Assembly: GCA_947632545.1 (NCBI GenBank)
Contig: CANRPP010000001.1
Span: 10,145 to 74,144, forward strand
Length of the DNA stretch: 64,000 nt
Source of the DNA: an uncultured Bacilli bacterium
Lineage (GTDB): Bacteria; Bacillota_I; Bacilli_A; RF39; UBA660
Direction of reading: 5' to 3'
Each line of letters opens with the position of its first letter. Position 1 is the stretch's first letter. The notes beneath the pieces are model-generated. The model was not told the origin of the DNA and searched no databases. It was given only the letters and a program-made list of their open reading frames with translations. The position numbers were made by a program, and so were the translations under genes. Below, piece by piece: positions 47,394 to 56,267 of this stretch.

Positions 47394-47966
47394 ATGGAAA
47401 TGACCATAATAGATAAATTAACTTTAATATTTAAATATATCATTTCGTCTTTTATGGGAATTGAATTATTTATATTAAGTTTAATTTTATTCTTATTTAC
47501 TTTTTTAAATATAAAAAAGAATAATAAAATAGTAAAAATAATTTCAGCATTACTATGTATAGGATTTTTAGTAGGTATAGTTGTTACATATAAATCATAT
47601 GCCATACAAAGTATAGATTCATTTATAAAATGGATATTAAGTTATTTATATTTTCCATCTATGGTAGTATATTTCTTTATAATTTTATTTGTAACAGTAG
47701 ATATAATTATAACTATATTTTCAAATAGAATGACTAAAACTAAAAAAATAATAAATTCTATAGTATTGAGTATATTATATTTTTGCTTTATGGCAGTAGT
47801 ATCACTAGCACTAAAGAATAATCTTAATCTGTCATCTACAATTAGTCTATATACAAATGATACAATACTTTCATTTATTCAATTAAGTAACTTATTATTT
47901 TCATTTTGGACTGAATTTACAATATTATATTATTTTTATAAATTTTTACAGAAAAAACTAGATTAA
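47394..47966 (+). CDS. Polytopic membrane protein, unknown function
   Basis: 190 aa with five to six TM helices and RBS GAGGAGG, immediately after the sortase gene. Confidence 0.45.
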   Translation: MEMTIIDKLTLIFKYIISSFMGIELFILSLILFLFTFLNIKKNNKIVKIISALLCIGFLVGIVVTYKSYAIQSIDSFIKWILSYLYFPSMVVYFFIILFVTVDIIITIFSNRMTKTKKIINSIVLSILYFCFMAVVSLALKNNLNLSSTISLYTNDTILSFIQLSNLLFSFWTEFTILYYFYKFLQKKLD

Positions 47967-48138
47967 TTATAAATAAACTATAGATATTCTATAGCTTATT
48001 TTTTTTCTAAATGATATAATTATATTATCTATATATAAAATAACATATACTAGATACTATAATAGGAAAAAACTGGTTATTTAAAATTATTTACAAAGTA
48101 ATTTTGATATGATAGTATATAAAAAATGGAGGTAGGTT

Positions 48139-51100
48139 ATGAAAAAATTTTTAGTCAGTTTAATTTTATTATTTACATTTACTACAGTAAATGCTAATGA
48201 GCTTGAATTAAATCTAAATAAAAAAGAAGCTAGTTTAGGAGAGGAGGTAACAATATCACTTGATTCATATAGTGATGATATTAAATTAAATTATGATAAA
48301 AATGTTTTTTCTGCTATTGATATAGATAATTTTAAAAATAATAAACATATAACATCGAAAGGGAATACATTTTATCTTGATAAAGAAAGCAATTTAAAAA
48401 TAAAATTAAAAGTAAAAAAAGATGCTCCTAGTGGTAAAACAACAATTAAAGTTAGTTATGGAAATAAAAATATATCAAAAGATATTAAAATAGATGGTAA
48501 AGTAATTAAAGAAAAATCAAATTTATGGATTTTATATGGAATCTTAACTATTGCTTTAATAGGAGCTATTATTTATTATTATAATCAAAATAAAAATAAA
48601 ATTGGTAAACAACAAACTATATATATAATAGTTGCTAGTATAGTAGCTATAATACTGTTAATTATGACATTTACTTCACTAAATAATAAAGATAATAAAG
48701 TAGATAAAGATAATTTGATTTATAAAATTAAAGTTAAAGAGAATGAAGAAAAAATAAAAGATAATGAATTAGATGATAATACTGATACTACTATATCAAA
48801 AGAGAAATATTCTAAAAAATCAACTAGTAATAAAAAAGAGAACCAAATAATAGAAGATATTGTATATAGTGTTAAATTAAATAGTTACTCTACAAGTACT
48901 AAAATTACAAAAAAAGGTGACGATATTGTTATAACATTTGATATAGATATTAAACCGTATGCAGATATTAAAGCCGTAGAAATAAATGGTAAGATCTATT
49001 CAGTTCAAAAAGTAGGGGATAAATACCAAACTACAATTAAAGCTTCTAATGTATATGGTGATGGTAATTATACAATAACAAAGGTTGTTTTAAGTAATGG
49101 TAAAACAGTAAATGTAGAAAATAAACATATAACAGTTTATGTTTTAAAGGAAGAACCAAAAATAGAAAATATTGAAGTTAATAGTAAAGAAGTTATACCT
49201 GTTTTAAACTTTGATGTTAAAGATCCCGACAACTCATTTGTAAGTGGTAGTGTAGTTATGACAAAAACAACTAATCCTATATTTAGAACTATTTCATTAT
49301 TTAAAAAATTAACTAATAATATAAGTAAAGAAAATGAGTTATTAAATAGTGAAAATGTTAAAGTAGGTCATAATTCATTTGAAATAAAAGATTTAAAAGA
49401 GGGAATGAGTTATGATTTAAAAATTACTTTAAATTATGATTTAGATGAAGATAAAACAGATAGTACATATTCTGATACAAAAGAAGAAGAAAAAATTAAA
49501 ACATTTGAAAGAGAATATAATTTTGAACTTAAAAATGCAGAGATTACAAGTCCAGTTACTAAAGATCAAGAGTTAAAATTATCATTTGAAAATGGTGCAT
49601 TCTCTTATACTGATATAGAAAAAATTACAATTAATGGTAAAGAATATGAAGTAACAAAAGATGAAGAAACAGGTGTTTATAAAGTTAATGCTGCTATAGA
49701 TAAATGTAGTGAAAAAGGTAAATGCAGTCTTCATATTAGTAGTGTAAAAGTTACTACTGAAAGTAAAGAATCAAAAGAAATTCCATGCGATTATGATATA
49801 GATTATATCTATCTTAAAGATCAGCCAACTATTAATAGTTTTAATGCAACTTATGATCAAAAAAATATAACTGCAACATTTAATCTTACTGATAATGATA
49901 GTGCTATTAGCGAAGGAAGATTAATTATAAATGGACCTGATGGAGAAAAAGAAATTGCATTAACAAAAGAGGATTTAAAAGAAAATACTGTTACTAAAAA
50001 TTTAGATTTAGAATTATCTGGTGAATATACTGTAACATTAGAAATTACTTATACAGGTACTAATGATGATGGTACAAAAAGTATGGAGAGTACATCAAAA
50101 ATAGAAAAAAATATTACTGCTTCTATTACAAATGTAAGTGCTAATCCTAAAATTGTTACAAGAGGTGAAACTGTAGACTTAATATATACAATAAAGGATA
50201 ATACAGAAGAAGATATAACAAATATTACTGTAAATGGAACTAGTTATACTGCAGATAAACAATCAGATGGTACTTACAAGGTAACAGTACCAGTACCTCA
50301 AGAAGGAGAAGATTTAACTAGAGAATTTAAGGCTACTAAAATAAATTATAATGATAAAACAGTAGAATTAGCTGAATCTAAAGATATAACTTTAAATGTA
50401 ATGAAAAATAAACCAGAAATAAATGAATTTATATTAACATCTGCAGGGGGACAAATTAGTGGAACGTTCAAATTTACTGATGAAGAAAATGCCATAGTAG
50501 GTGCTAAATATACAATTGGTAGTACAACTAGAACTCTTACTAAAGAAGAACTAGAAAATAAAAAATTCACTGACTCTGATGTAAAATCAGCTGGAAATTA
50601 TGATGTTACTTTAACTCTTATCTACGATTTAGGTGATGGAAAGAAATTAGAGGATGTAACAAGTAAACAACAAGTAAAAGTTGAGGTAGATGCAACTATT
50701 ACAGAGTCATCTATTAATCCTAAATTTGTTAAAAAAGGTGAAGAAGTAACAATAACCTATACAATAAAAGATAATACACCAAGCACATTATCTAAAATAG
50801 TTATCAATACTGAAGAAGTTACAGATGTAAATCCAATAGGTGAAGACAAATATGAAGTAAAGATAAAAATTGCTGAAAATGAATTTGCTGGAGAAAAAGA
50901 ATTTAAAGCAACAAAACTTATTTATGAAGATGAAGAAGAATTTGAATTAGAAAATACTGTTAAAGCAACTGTTTTAAAAGAAGAACCAACATTTGAAGAA
51001 TTTACTGCTACATATGATGAAGAAGAAGATAACCTTAAAGGAAATATTAATATTACAGATTCTGAAAGTACAATAACTGGTGGTAAACTTACAATTACTG

Positions 51101-53877
51101 GCCCAGGATTTAGTGAACCAAAAGAAATATCAATTTCCAAAGAAGACTTATTAACTGGATCATTTACAAAAAGTTTAGATCTTATAAAAATGGGTAAATA
51201 TAATATTTCTTTAGAAATAACATATAATTTAGGAGAAAAAGATATTACTACAGATCCTATGGAAACTACTATTAGTAAAGCATTGGAAATTACTAGTGTA
51301 GATGTAGAGGCCCCACAATCAGTAATTAAAAATGGAAAAATAGAATTAATATATACAATTAAAGATAATACAGATGAAAAAGTTACTAAAATTAAGATTA
51401 ATAATGAAGAAAAAGAAGTAACATATGATAAAGAAACTGATACTTATAAAGTAGAGTATATTGCTTCTACTACAGTTGGAAAAACTACATATACAACAAC
51501 AGAGGTTATTTATGAAACAAGTGGTACTAAGAAAGTTACAGTTACTCCTAAAGATGTGTATGTTTTAAAAGATAAACCTACTATTGATGGAGATCCTACA
51601 TATACAGATAAAACGGCAACAGTTAATATTACTGATATTGATACTGCAAAGACTTCAGCTAAAATTAAATTTACAAAAGTTGGTACAGAAGAAGAAACTA
51701 AATCAATTGATATTAATGAAGATGGTACTGCCGATATTAGTGAATTATCAAATGGTACATATAATGTTACTATTGAAGTAGGTTATGATTTAGATGGTAC
51801 TGAATCAGATTTACCTGATACTACTGGTAATGTTACTAAAGAATATAGTAATGTTGAAATTATAACTACTTATAATCCACAAGTTAATAATTTGAAATTA
51901 AATAATATTACAGATAAAAAAGTTAAACTAGAATTTGAAAGTAGAAATGATGCTAATGTTAAAGTAACTAGCACCAAGGTAAAAGATGCAGAAGGGAATG
52001 AATATCTAGGAACACTTACTGAATTAAATGGTAAGTATATAGTAGAAATTGATAACGATGGAAAAAGAAAAGAATTAACTATATCAGAACTTACTTTTGA
52101 AACAGGTATTTCAAAGGAGATAACAATAGAAGATAAAGTTTTAATTAATAAAACTGAACCTACTGCACAAGTAACTGTTTCAGAAGATGAATCAAATAAA
52201 GTAACAGCAGATATTACTATTGCAGATGATGATAGTACAATAACTGAAAATACTAAATATGCTGTTCTTAGACAATCTGATGATCCTAAAACAGAAATAG
52301 AAAGAAAGAAAATTACAGATAGTAATACCATTACTTTTGATCAAATTTTAGAAGGTGGAAATAGATATCAGGTTGATGTAATTGCTGATTACAATAGAGT
52401 TGATGGTACTGAACATAAAGGAGAAGTTATTGGATCTTCAGATCATATAACAATAAATGCTAAAGTAGAATTAAAAACTTTTGAATTGCCTAAGTCAGAT
52501 ACTTATCCAACAAATAAATATTTTACATTAATATTTAATTTTGAATCTAATGTTAAATTAGATGGAGATATAAGAAATGTAGTTGTTCATACTGAAGAAT
52601 ATGATAATTCTCTTGAAAATAAGGATCCATATACACAGGTAGGTATAGAAACTAAAGATACTCAAATTGATAAAGTTAAGTGTGATCCATCTATTAAATC
52701 AGAAAATGGTACATATAAAACTTTATGTAGAACAGATTATATAGTACCTGATAAAAGTGGAGTTATTAAACTAAAACCAGTATCATTTACTTATCTTGAT
52801 AAAGATAAAACAACAATAGATACTGAATTAGCAAACGCACAAGAAAAATTAGTAGATATTATTAAATGGGCACCAAAAATCACGTATACAACAATAAATG
52901 ATTGGGCAAATAAAACAGTTAAAATAGAGATTAATGTTGACGATAAAAATAATATGTTACAAAAATTTGATACAGGATCATATTTTAACGCAACATTAGC
53001 GACCAAAACATCAACAAATAAAATTGAAAGTCTAGAAGGTAAACAAATAATAGTATTTGATAACCTAAATGATTTAAAACTAAATACTCCGTATAGAGTT
53101 ATGATTAAAGCTCGTTATGATCAATATCACGGAAATATTGTTATTGATAAATCAGAGAATGAACGTATAGAAGAAATTTCTGTTGCTAGTTATATTCACT
53201 TTATTACAGAATCCAATGACTCTTCACTAAACGATTTGGAATTAGTAACATCTGATGGAAAAGATATTGGAACTGAAAAAAGTTTTAGAATTGGGGATGA
53301 CGTTAGATTAGCGTTTACAATTAATGATGAAGGTAATATCTATCCTGGATTTATTCCTGATAAAATAAAAATAGAAGCTACTAATCAAGTGGGTGATTAC
53401 AAAAAAGAATATAGTGTTACTAAAGAAGGAAATAGATATATTACTACCGAAGCTTTGACAGACTTAAGTGTAGGTGAACATATAATAAAAATAGTTGAAG
53501 TATCAAATAGTTCAAGTAATAAAACAATTAAAGTCACTCATGATAATGTAATTATTGTTAATATTCTTGAAACAGAAGCTAGTAATATTAAATTAAATAG
53601 TAATACATTAACTATAAATAATGAAACAAGTCTTGTTCCTAATAATACAGTAGCAGTTACAACATCTGAAGAACAATCTGAAAAAGATGAAGAAGATAAT
53701 GATTCTAATGATTTAGATAATACTGAAAAAGAATCTACTGAAGATTTAATTACTTCTGAAGAAACACAAAGTAAAGATAAAGAAATACCTACTGAGGAAA
53801 AAATAGAAGAGAATGAAAATATTGATGAAACTATACTAGAAGAAATTAATGATAATATTGACTTCTCAATTGAATAA
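48139..53877 (+). CDS. Giant (1912 aa) surface protein, paralogue of the 7077 gene: cohesin-like domain, TM hairpin, 7 repeat modules, acidic tail; no dockerin or protease
   Basis: Single ORF with signal peptide ...TTVNA/NE. It has the same N-terminal architecture and the same VLK(D/E)(K/E)P module boundaries as the 3086-aa protein. Confidence 0.75.
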   Translation: MKKFLVSLILLFTFTTVNANELELNLNKKEASLGEEVTISLDSYSDDIKLNYDKNVFSAIDIDNFKNNKHITSKGNTFYLDKESNLKIKLKVKKDAPSGKTTIKVSYGNKNISKDIKIDGKVIKEKSNLWILYGILTIALIGAIIYYYNQNKNKIGKQQTIYIIVASIVAIILLIMTFTSLNNKDNKVDKDNLIYKIKVKENEEKIKDNELDDNTDTTISKEKYSKKSTSNKKENQIIEDIVYSVKLNSYSTSTKITKKGDDIVITFDIDIKPYADIKAVEINGKIYSVQKVGDKYQTTIKASNVYGDGNYTITKVVLSNGKTVNVENKHITVYVLKEEPKIENIEVNSKEVIPVLNFDVKDPDNSFVSGSVVMTKTTNPIFRTISLFKKLTNNISKENELLNSENVKVGHNSFEIKDLKEGMSYDLKITLNYDLDEDKTDSTYSDTKEEEKIKTFEREYNFELKNAEITSPVTKDQELKLSFENGAFSYTDIEKITINGKEYEVTKDEETGVYKVNAAIDKCSEKGKCSLHISSVKVTTESKESKEIPCDYDIDYIYLKDQPTINSFNATYDQKNITATFNLTDNDSAISEGRLIINGPDGEKEIALTKEDLKENTVTKNLDLELSGEYTVTLEITYTGTNDDGTKSMESTSKIEKNITASITNVSANPKIVTRGETVDLIYTIKDNTEEDITNITVNGTSYTADKQSDGTYKVTVPVPQEGEDLTREFKATKINYNDKTVELAESKDITLNVMKNKPEINEFILTSAGGQISGTFKFTDEENAIVGAKYTIGSTTRTLTKEELENKKFTDSDVKSAGNYDVTLTLIYDLGDGKKLEDVTSKQQVKVEVDATITESSINPKFVKKGEEVTITYTIKDNTPSTLSKIVINTEEVTDVNPIGEDKYEVKIKIAENEFAGEKEFKATKLIYEDEEEFELENTVKATVLKEEPTFEEFTATYDEEEDNLKGNINITDSESTITGGKLTITGPGFSEPKEISISKEDLLTGSFTKSLDLIKMGKYNISLEITYNLGEKDITTDPMETTISKALEITSVDVEAPQSVIKNGKIELIYTIKDNTDEKVTKIKINNEEKEVTYDKETDTYKVEYIASTTVGKTTYTTTEVIYETSGTKKVTVTPKDVYVLKDKPTIDGDPTYTDKTATVNITDIDTAKTSAKIKFTKVGTEEETKSIDINEDGTADISELSNGTYNVTIEVGYDLDGTESDLPDTTGNVTKEYSNVEIITTYNPQVNNLKLNNITDKKVKLEFESRNDANVKVTSTKVKDAEGNEYLGTLTELNGKYIVEIDNDGKRKELTISELTFETGISKEITIEDKVLINKTEPTAQVTVSEDESNKVTADITIADDDSTITENTKYAVLRQSDDPKTEIERKKITDSNTITFDQILEGGNRYQVDVIADYNRVDGTEHKGEVIGSSDHITINAKVELKTFELPKSDTYPTNKYFTLIFNFESNVKLDGDIRNVVVHTEEYDNSLENKDPYTQVGIETKDTQIDKVKCDPSIKSENGTYKTLCRTDYIVPDKSGVIKLKPVSFTYLDKDKTTIDTELANAQEKLVDIIKWAPKITYTTINDWANKTVKIEINVDDKNNMLQKFDTGSYFNATLATKTSTNKIESLEGKQIIVFDNLNDLKLNTPYRVMIKARYDQYHGNIVIDKSENERIEEISVASYIHFITESNDSSLNDLELVTSDGKDIGTEKSFRIGDDVRLAFTINDEGNIYPGFIPDKIKIEATNQVGDYKKEYSVTKEGNRYITTEALTDLSVGEHIIKIVEVSNSSSNKTIKVTHDNVIIVNILETEASNIKLNSNTLTINNETSLVPNNTVAVTTSEEQSEKDEEDNDSNDLDNTEKESTEDLITSEETQSKDKEIPTEEKIEENENIDETILEEINDNIDFSIE
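48196..48510 (+). other. Cohesin-like domain (short)
   Basis: LELNLNKKEASLGEEVTISLDSYSDDIKLNYDKNVFSAIDIDNF...LKIKLKVKKDAPSGKTTIKVS parallels the N-terminal domain of the 3086-aa protein. Confidence 0.5.
48523..48685 (+). other. Two-helix TM hairpin with a basic loop
   Basis: LWILYGILTIALIGAIIYYY, loop NQNKNKIGKQQ, then TIYIIVASIVAIILLIMTFTSL. Confidence 0.7.
48900..53000 (+). repeat. Seven in-frame modules of about 570-720 nt
   Basis: Boundary motifs occur near 49140 (YVLKEEPKIEN), 49810 (YLKDQPTINS), 50398 (VMKNKPEINE), 50971 (VLKEEPTFEE), 51561 (VLKDKPTIDG), 52140 (INKTEPTAQ) and 52860 (IKWAPKITY). Confidence 0.7.
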
Positions 53878-53887
53878 TAAATTTTCA

Positions 53888-53920
53888 AATGACTCTATAA
53901 AATTATTATAGAGTCATTTT
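53888..53920 (+). terminator. Rho-independent terminator
   Basis: AAATGACTCTATAA-aatta-TTATAGAGTCATTT, a 13-bp stem followed by a T-run. Confidence 0.85.
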
Positions 53921-54084
53921 TATGAATAGTATAAAATGTTTATATGAAAGTAATAATATATGATAAATTTAATTTTTTATTATAAAAAAATAATTGATTA
54001 TAAAAATTTGTAAACCAAATTTAATAAATTTACAGAAAAATATTAAAATTGTAAAAAAATGTACATAAAGTTTACAAAAAATAG

Positions 54085-54114
54085 TTGAAATTACTATTAT
54101 AAATATGATATAAT
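54085..54114 (+). promoter_or_regulatory. Extended -10 sigma-A promoter upstream of the hairpin-repeat RNA and abi gene
   Basis: TTGAAA (54085-54090), an 18-nt spacer, then TGaTATAAT (54106-54114). The predicted start lies near 54121. Confidence 0.55.
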
Positions 54115-54120
54115 GTAAAC

Positions 54121-54170
54121 AGGTTCAGTGATTAGTGACCTATTGTTGCTAGTCCTACCATTTTTTTTTG
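54121..54170 (+). ncRNA. Candidate small structured RNA: 12-bp bulged hairpin (54127-54156) followed by a U9 tract
   Basis: The hairpin is AGtGATTAGTGAC-CTATT-GTTGCTAGTCCT followed by ACCATTTTTTTTT. It is copy 1 of two repeats related by covariation. Confidence 0.5.
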
Positions 54171-54214
54171 CATAATTTAAAACAAACTACATATAACTAA
54201 AATGAGCATGCTTA

Positions 54215-54248
54215 GTTCAGTGTCTAGTAAGTTATTCTTGCTAGGCCT
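54215..54248 (+). ncRNA. Second copy of the hairpin repeat in the abi leader
   Basis: 27 of 34 positions are identical to 54123-54156. All six stem differences preserve pairing (A-U to U.G, U.G to C-G, G.U to A-U, C-G to G-C). It ends about 33 nt before the abi ATG. Confidence 0.5.
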
Positions 54249-54281
54249 TTTCTTGTGTGTATAACAAAATGAGGTGTTAAT

Positions 54282-55229
54282 ATGACATTATTAAAAGAAT
54301 ACAAAACTTCAGATGAAATTATTGATATACTTAGCGAGAGAGGAATGATATTTTCAAAACCATTAGTAGCAAAGAAAATATTATGTGAAATAAATTATTT
54401 TTTCTTAAAGGGATATCAAGATCTATTATTAATTCCAGGTAACAATAAGAAATTTAAATCAAATTGTGATTTTGAAGAATTAGTAAATTTATATTTTTTT
54501 GATAAAGAGCTTAAAGCATTACTTCTTGAATATCTATTAGATATAGAACAGAAAATTAAAACAGCTATGTCAATTATTATTTCTTCTAAATATGGTATTA
54601 ATGATAGAATTTACTTAAAAAAAAGAAATTTTGATTTAAATAGTCCATATTTAGATAATGCAATAAGGGCAATAAAAAATCAAAGAAGAGAATATGGAGA
54701 AAAAAATACCGCTGTTAAATATTATAAAAATACTTATGGTTATATACCATTTTATGTATTAACAAAATGTTTAACATTTGGCGCTGTAAAAAAATTATAT
54801 AATGTAATGAAACAAGTAGATCAATCAGAAATTTGTAATAAAATATTATTTAGAAATATAAATAATAAAAGAATTAGTAAAACAAAAATATTTATTGCTC
54901 TTATAGCAGATATAAGAAATATGTGTGCACATGATGAAATTATTTATAACTTTGTTCATGGAAGTATTGATATCGGTGAATTACCTGAACATATAAATTT
55001 TAAATTAAAAAGAACAGAAAATGGTAACCTTATACAAGGAAGAAAGGATTTATTTGCGTTATTATTATGTATGAAATATTTAATGAAAAAAGGAAGCTAT
55101 AATGAATTTATACAAAGATTTGATTCTTTAATAAAAAAAACAGCAAAAAAATCAAAAATATATACAGAAAAAGAACTAGTAGAATATATGAATCTGCCTA
55201 GTGACTATTTAAAGTTAAGACAAATTTAA
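54282..55229 (+). CDS. AbiD/AbiF (Abi_2) family abortive-infection-type HEPN protein
   Basis: 315 aa with a typical Abi_2 N-terminus (...IDILSERGMIF...INYFFLKGY) and the Rx4H HEPN motif in ADIRNMCAHDE. Confidence 0.7.
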   Translation: MTLLKEYKTSDEIIDILSERGMIFSKPLVAKKILCEINYFFLKGYQDLLLIPGNNKKFKSNCDFEELVNLYFFDKELKALLLEYLLDIEQKIKTAMSIIISSKYGINDRIYLKKRNFDLNSPYLDNAIRAIKNQRREYGEKNTAVKYYKNTYGYIPFYVLTKCLTFGAVKKLYNVMKQVDQSEICNKILFRNINNKRISKTKIFIALIADIRNMCAHDEIIYNFVHGSIDIGELPEHINFKLKRTENGNLIQGRKDLFALLLCMKYLMKKGSYNEFIQRFDSLIKKTAKKSKIYTEKELVEYMNLPSDYLKLRQI

Positions 55230-55245
55230 AATTATATGCATATTT

Positions 55246-55270
55246 AAAGACTGATCAAAAATCAGTCTTT
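55246..55270. terminator. Bidirectional terminator between abi and the VanY-like gene
   Basis: Perfect 10-bp stem AAAGACTGAT-caaaa-ATCAGTCTTT, flanked by A and T runs. Confidence 0.8.
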
Positions 55271-56177
55271 ATTTATTATTTTCAATTTTTTGTACATAGT
55301 ATTCTTCAAAAGTTATATTATTATCGTGTATATATTTAGCTATTTTTTTACCAACATATCTATAATGCCAAGATTCATATTGATATCCAGTAATATCTTC
55401 TTTACCTTTAGGAAATCTTAATATAAATCCATATTTATAAGCATTATCTTGCATCCATTCAAAAGAATCACTTTTATCAAAATTAGTATAATCTATTTTA
55501 CCATCATATATATCTACGCATAAACCAGTTTGATGTTCAGAATAACCTGCTCTAGCAGAATATGAATCTGCTGCTTCAACTCCATCCGATTCCTTATATT
55601 TATTATATAAATCAACCTGATAATCATAACTTCTATAACTTGACATAGCAATTATTGGACTATCATCACGTTTAGCTTTTCTAGCCATTGAAACAAATGC
55701 CTCTTTTGCTTCCTTTACAAGTCTCATACCACTTCTAGCATACTCTTCAGGTATAACTTGTAAATTATTAGGAGTATAATTACCACCTAAATATAAATAT
55801 TTATTAACTAATATATAACTTTTATTTAAGTATGGAGTTTTCTTAGTATGTGTATAAAAATCATAATCAAGATTAATATTAACTCTAGTAATAACATCTT
55901 CAATATTTAAATTTTTATTTTTCTTATAGTAATTAACATATCTATTAATATATTTTTTATTGCAGTACTCTATTTTATTACACTGTTTATTAATTTTGTC
56001 TAGATCATTAATTTTTTTTGATTCATTATTTTTATTTACATTATTTAAATTAGTTTTATTATTATAAATAATTATAGAAATTATAGTTATAAGTATAATA
56101 GAAAATATTATAGAAAACTTTTTAATCTTCTTTTTTAGTTTTCTTTTTCGTCTTCTTCCCATTGGTCTTTTATTCAT
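55269..56177 (-). CDS. VanY/M15B-family D-alanyl-D-alanine carboxypeptidase, membrane anchored
   Basis: SYRSYDYQ, SEHQTGLCVDI and ESWHYRYVG are the zinc-binding H/D/H motifs, with an N-terminal basic segment and TM helix. I prefer the start at ATG 56177 (MNKRPMG) over the track start 56246. Confidence 0.8.
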   Translation of the reverse strand: MNKRPMGRRRKRKLKKKIKKFSIIFSIILITIISIIIYNNKTNLNNVNKNNESKKINDLDKINKQCNKIEYCNKKYINRYVNYYKKNKNLNIEDVITRVNINLDYDFYTHTKKTPYLNKSYILVNKYLYLGGNYTPNNLQVIPEEYARSGMRLVKEAKEAFVSMARKAKRDDSPIIAMSSYRSYDYQVDLYNKYKESDGVEAADSYSARAGYSEHQTGLCVDIYDGKIDYTNFDKSDSFEWMQDNAYKYGFILRFPKGKEDITGYQYESWHYRYVGKKIAKYIHDNNITFEEYYVQKIENNK

Positions 56178-56267
56178 ATAACCACATCCTAATACTATAA
56201 TAGCATTAATTTGTCTATTTATGTATATTTTTTTTGTTAAAAACATAAAAAAAATTAGGAGGAGTTT

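Noticed and set aside
50346-53888. ORFs 50346-50570(-), 50922-51140(-), 51584-51781(+), 51870-52331(-), 52791-53006(-) and 53538-53888(-) inside the 1912-aa gene.
   Set aside because: They are antisense or out of frame relative to a 5.7-kb continuous ORF, with no RBS and low-complexity products.
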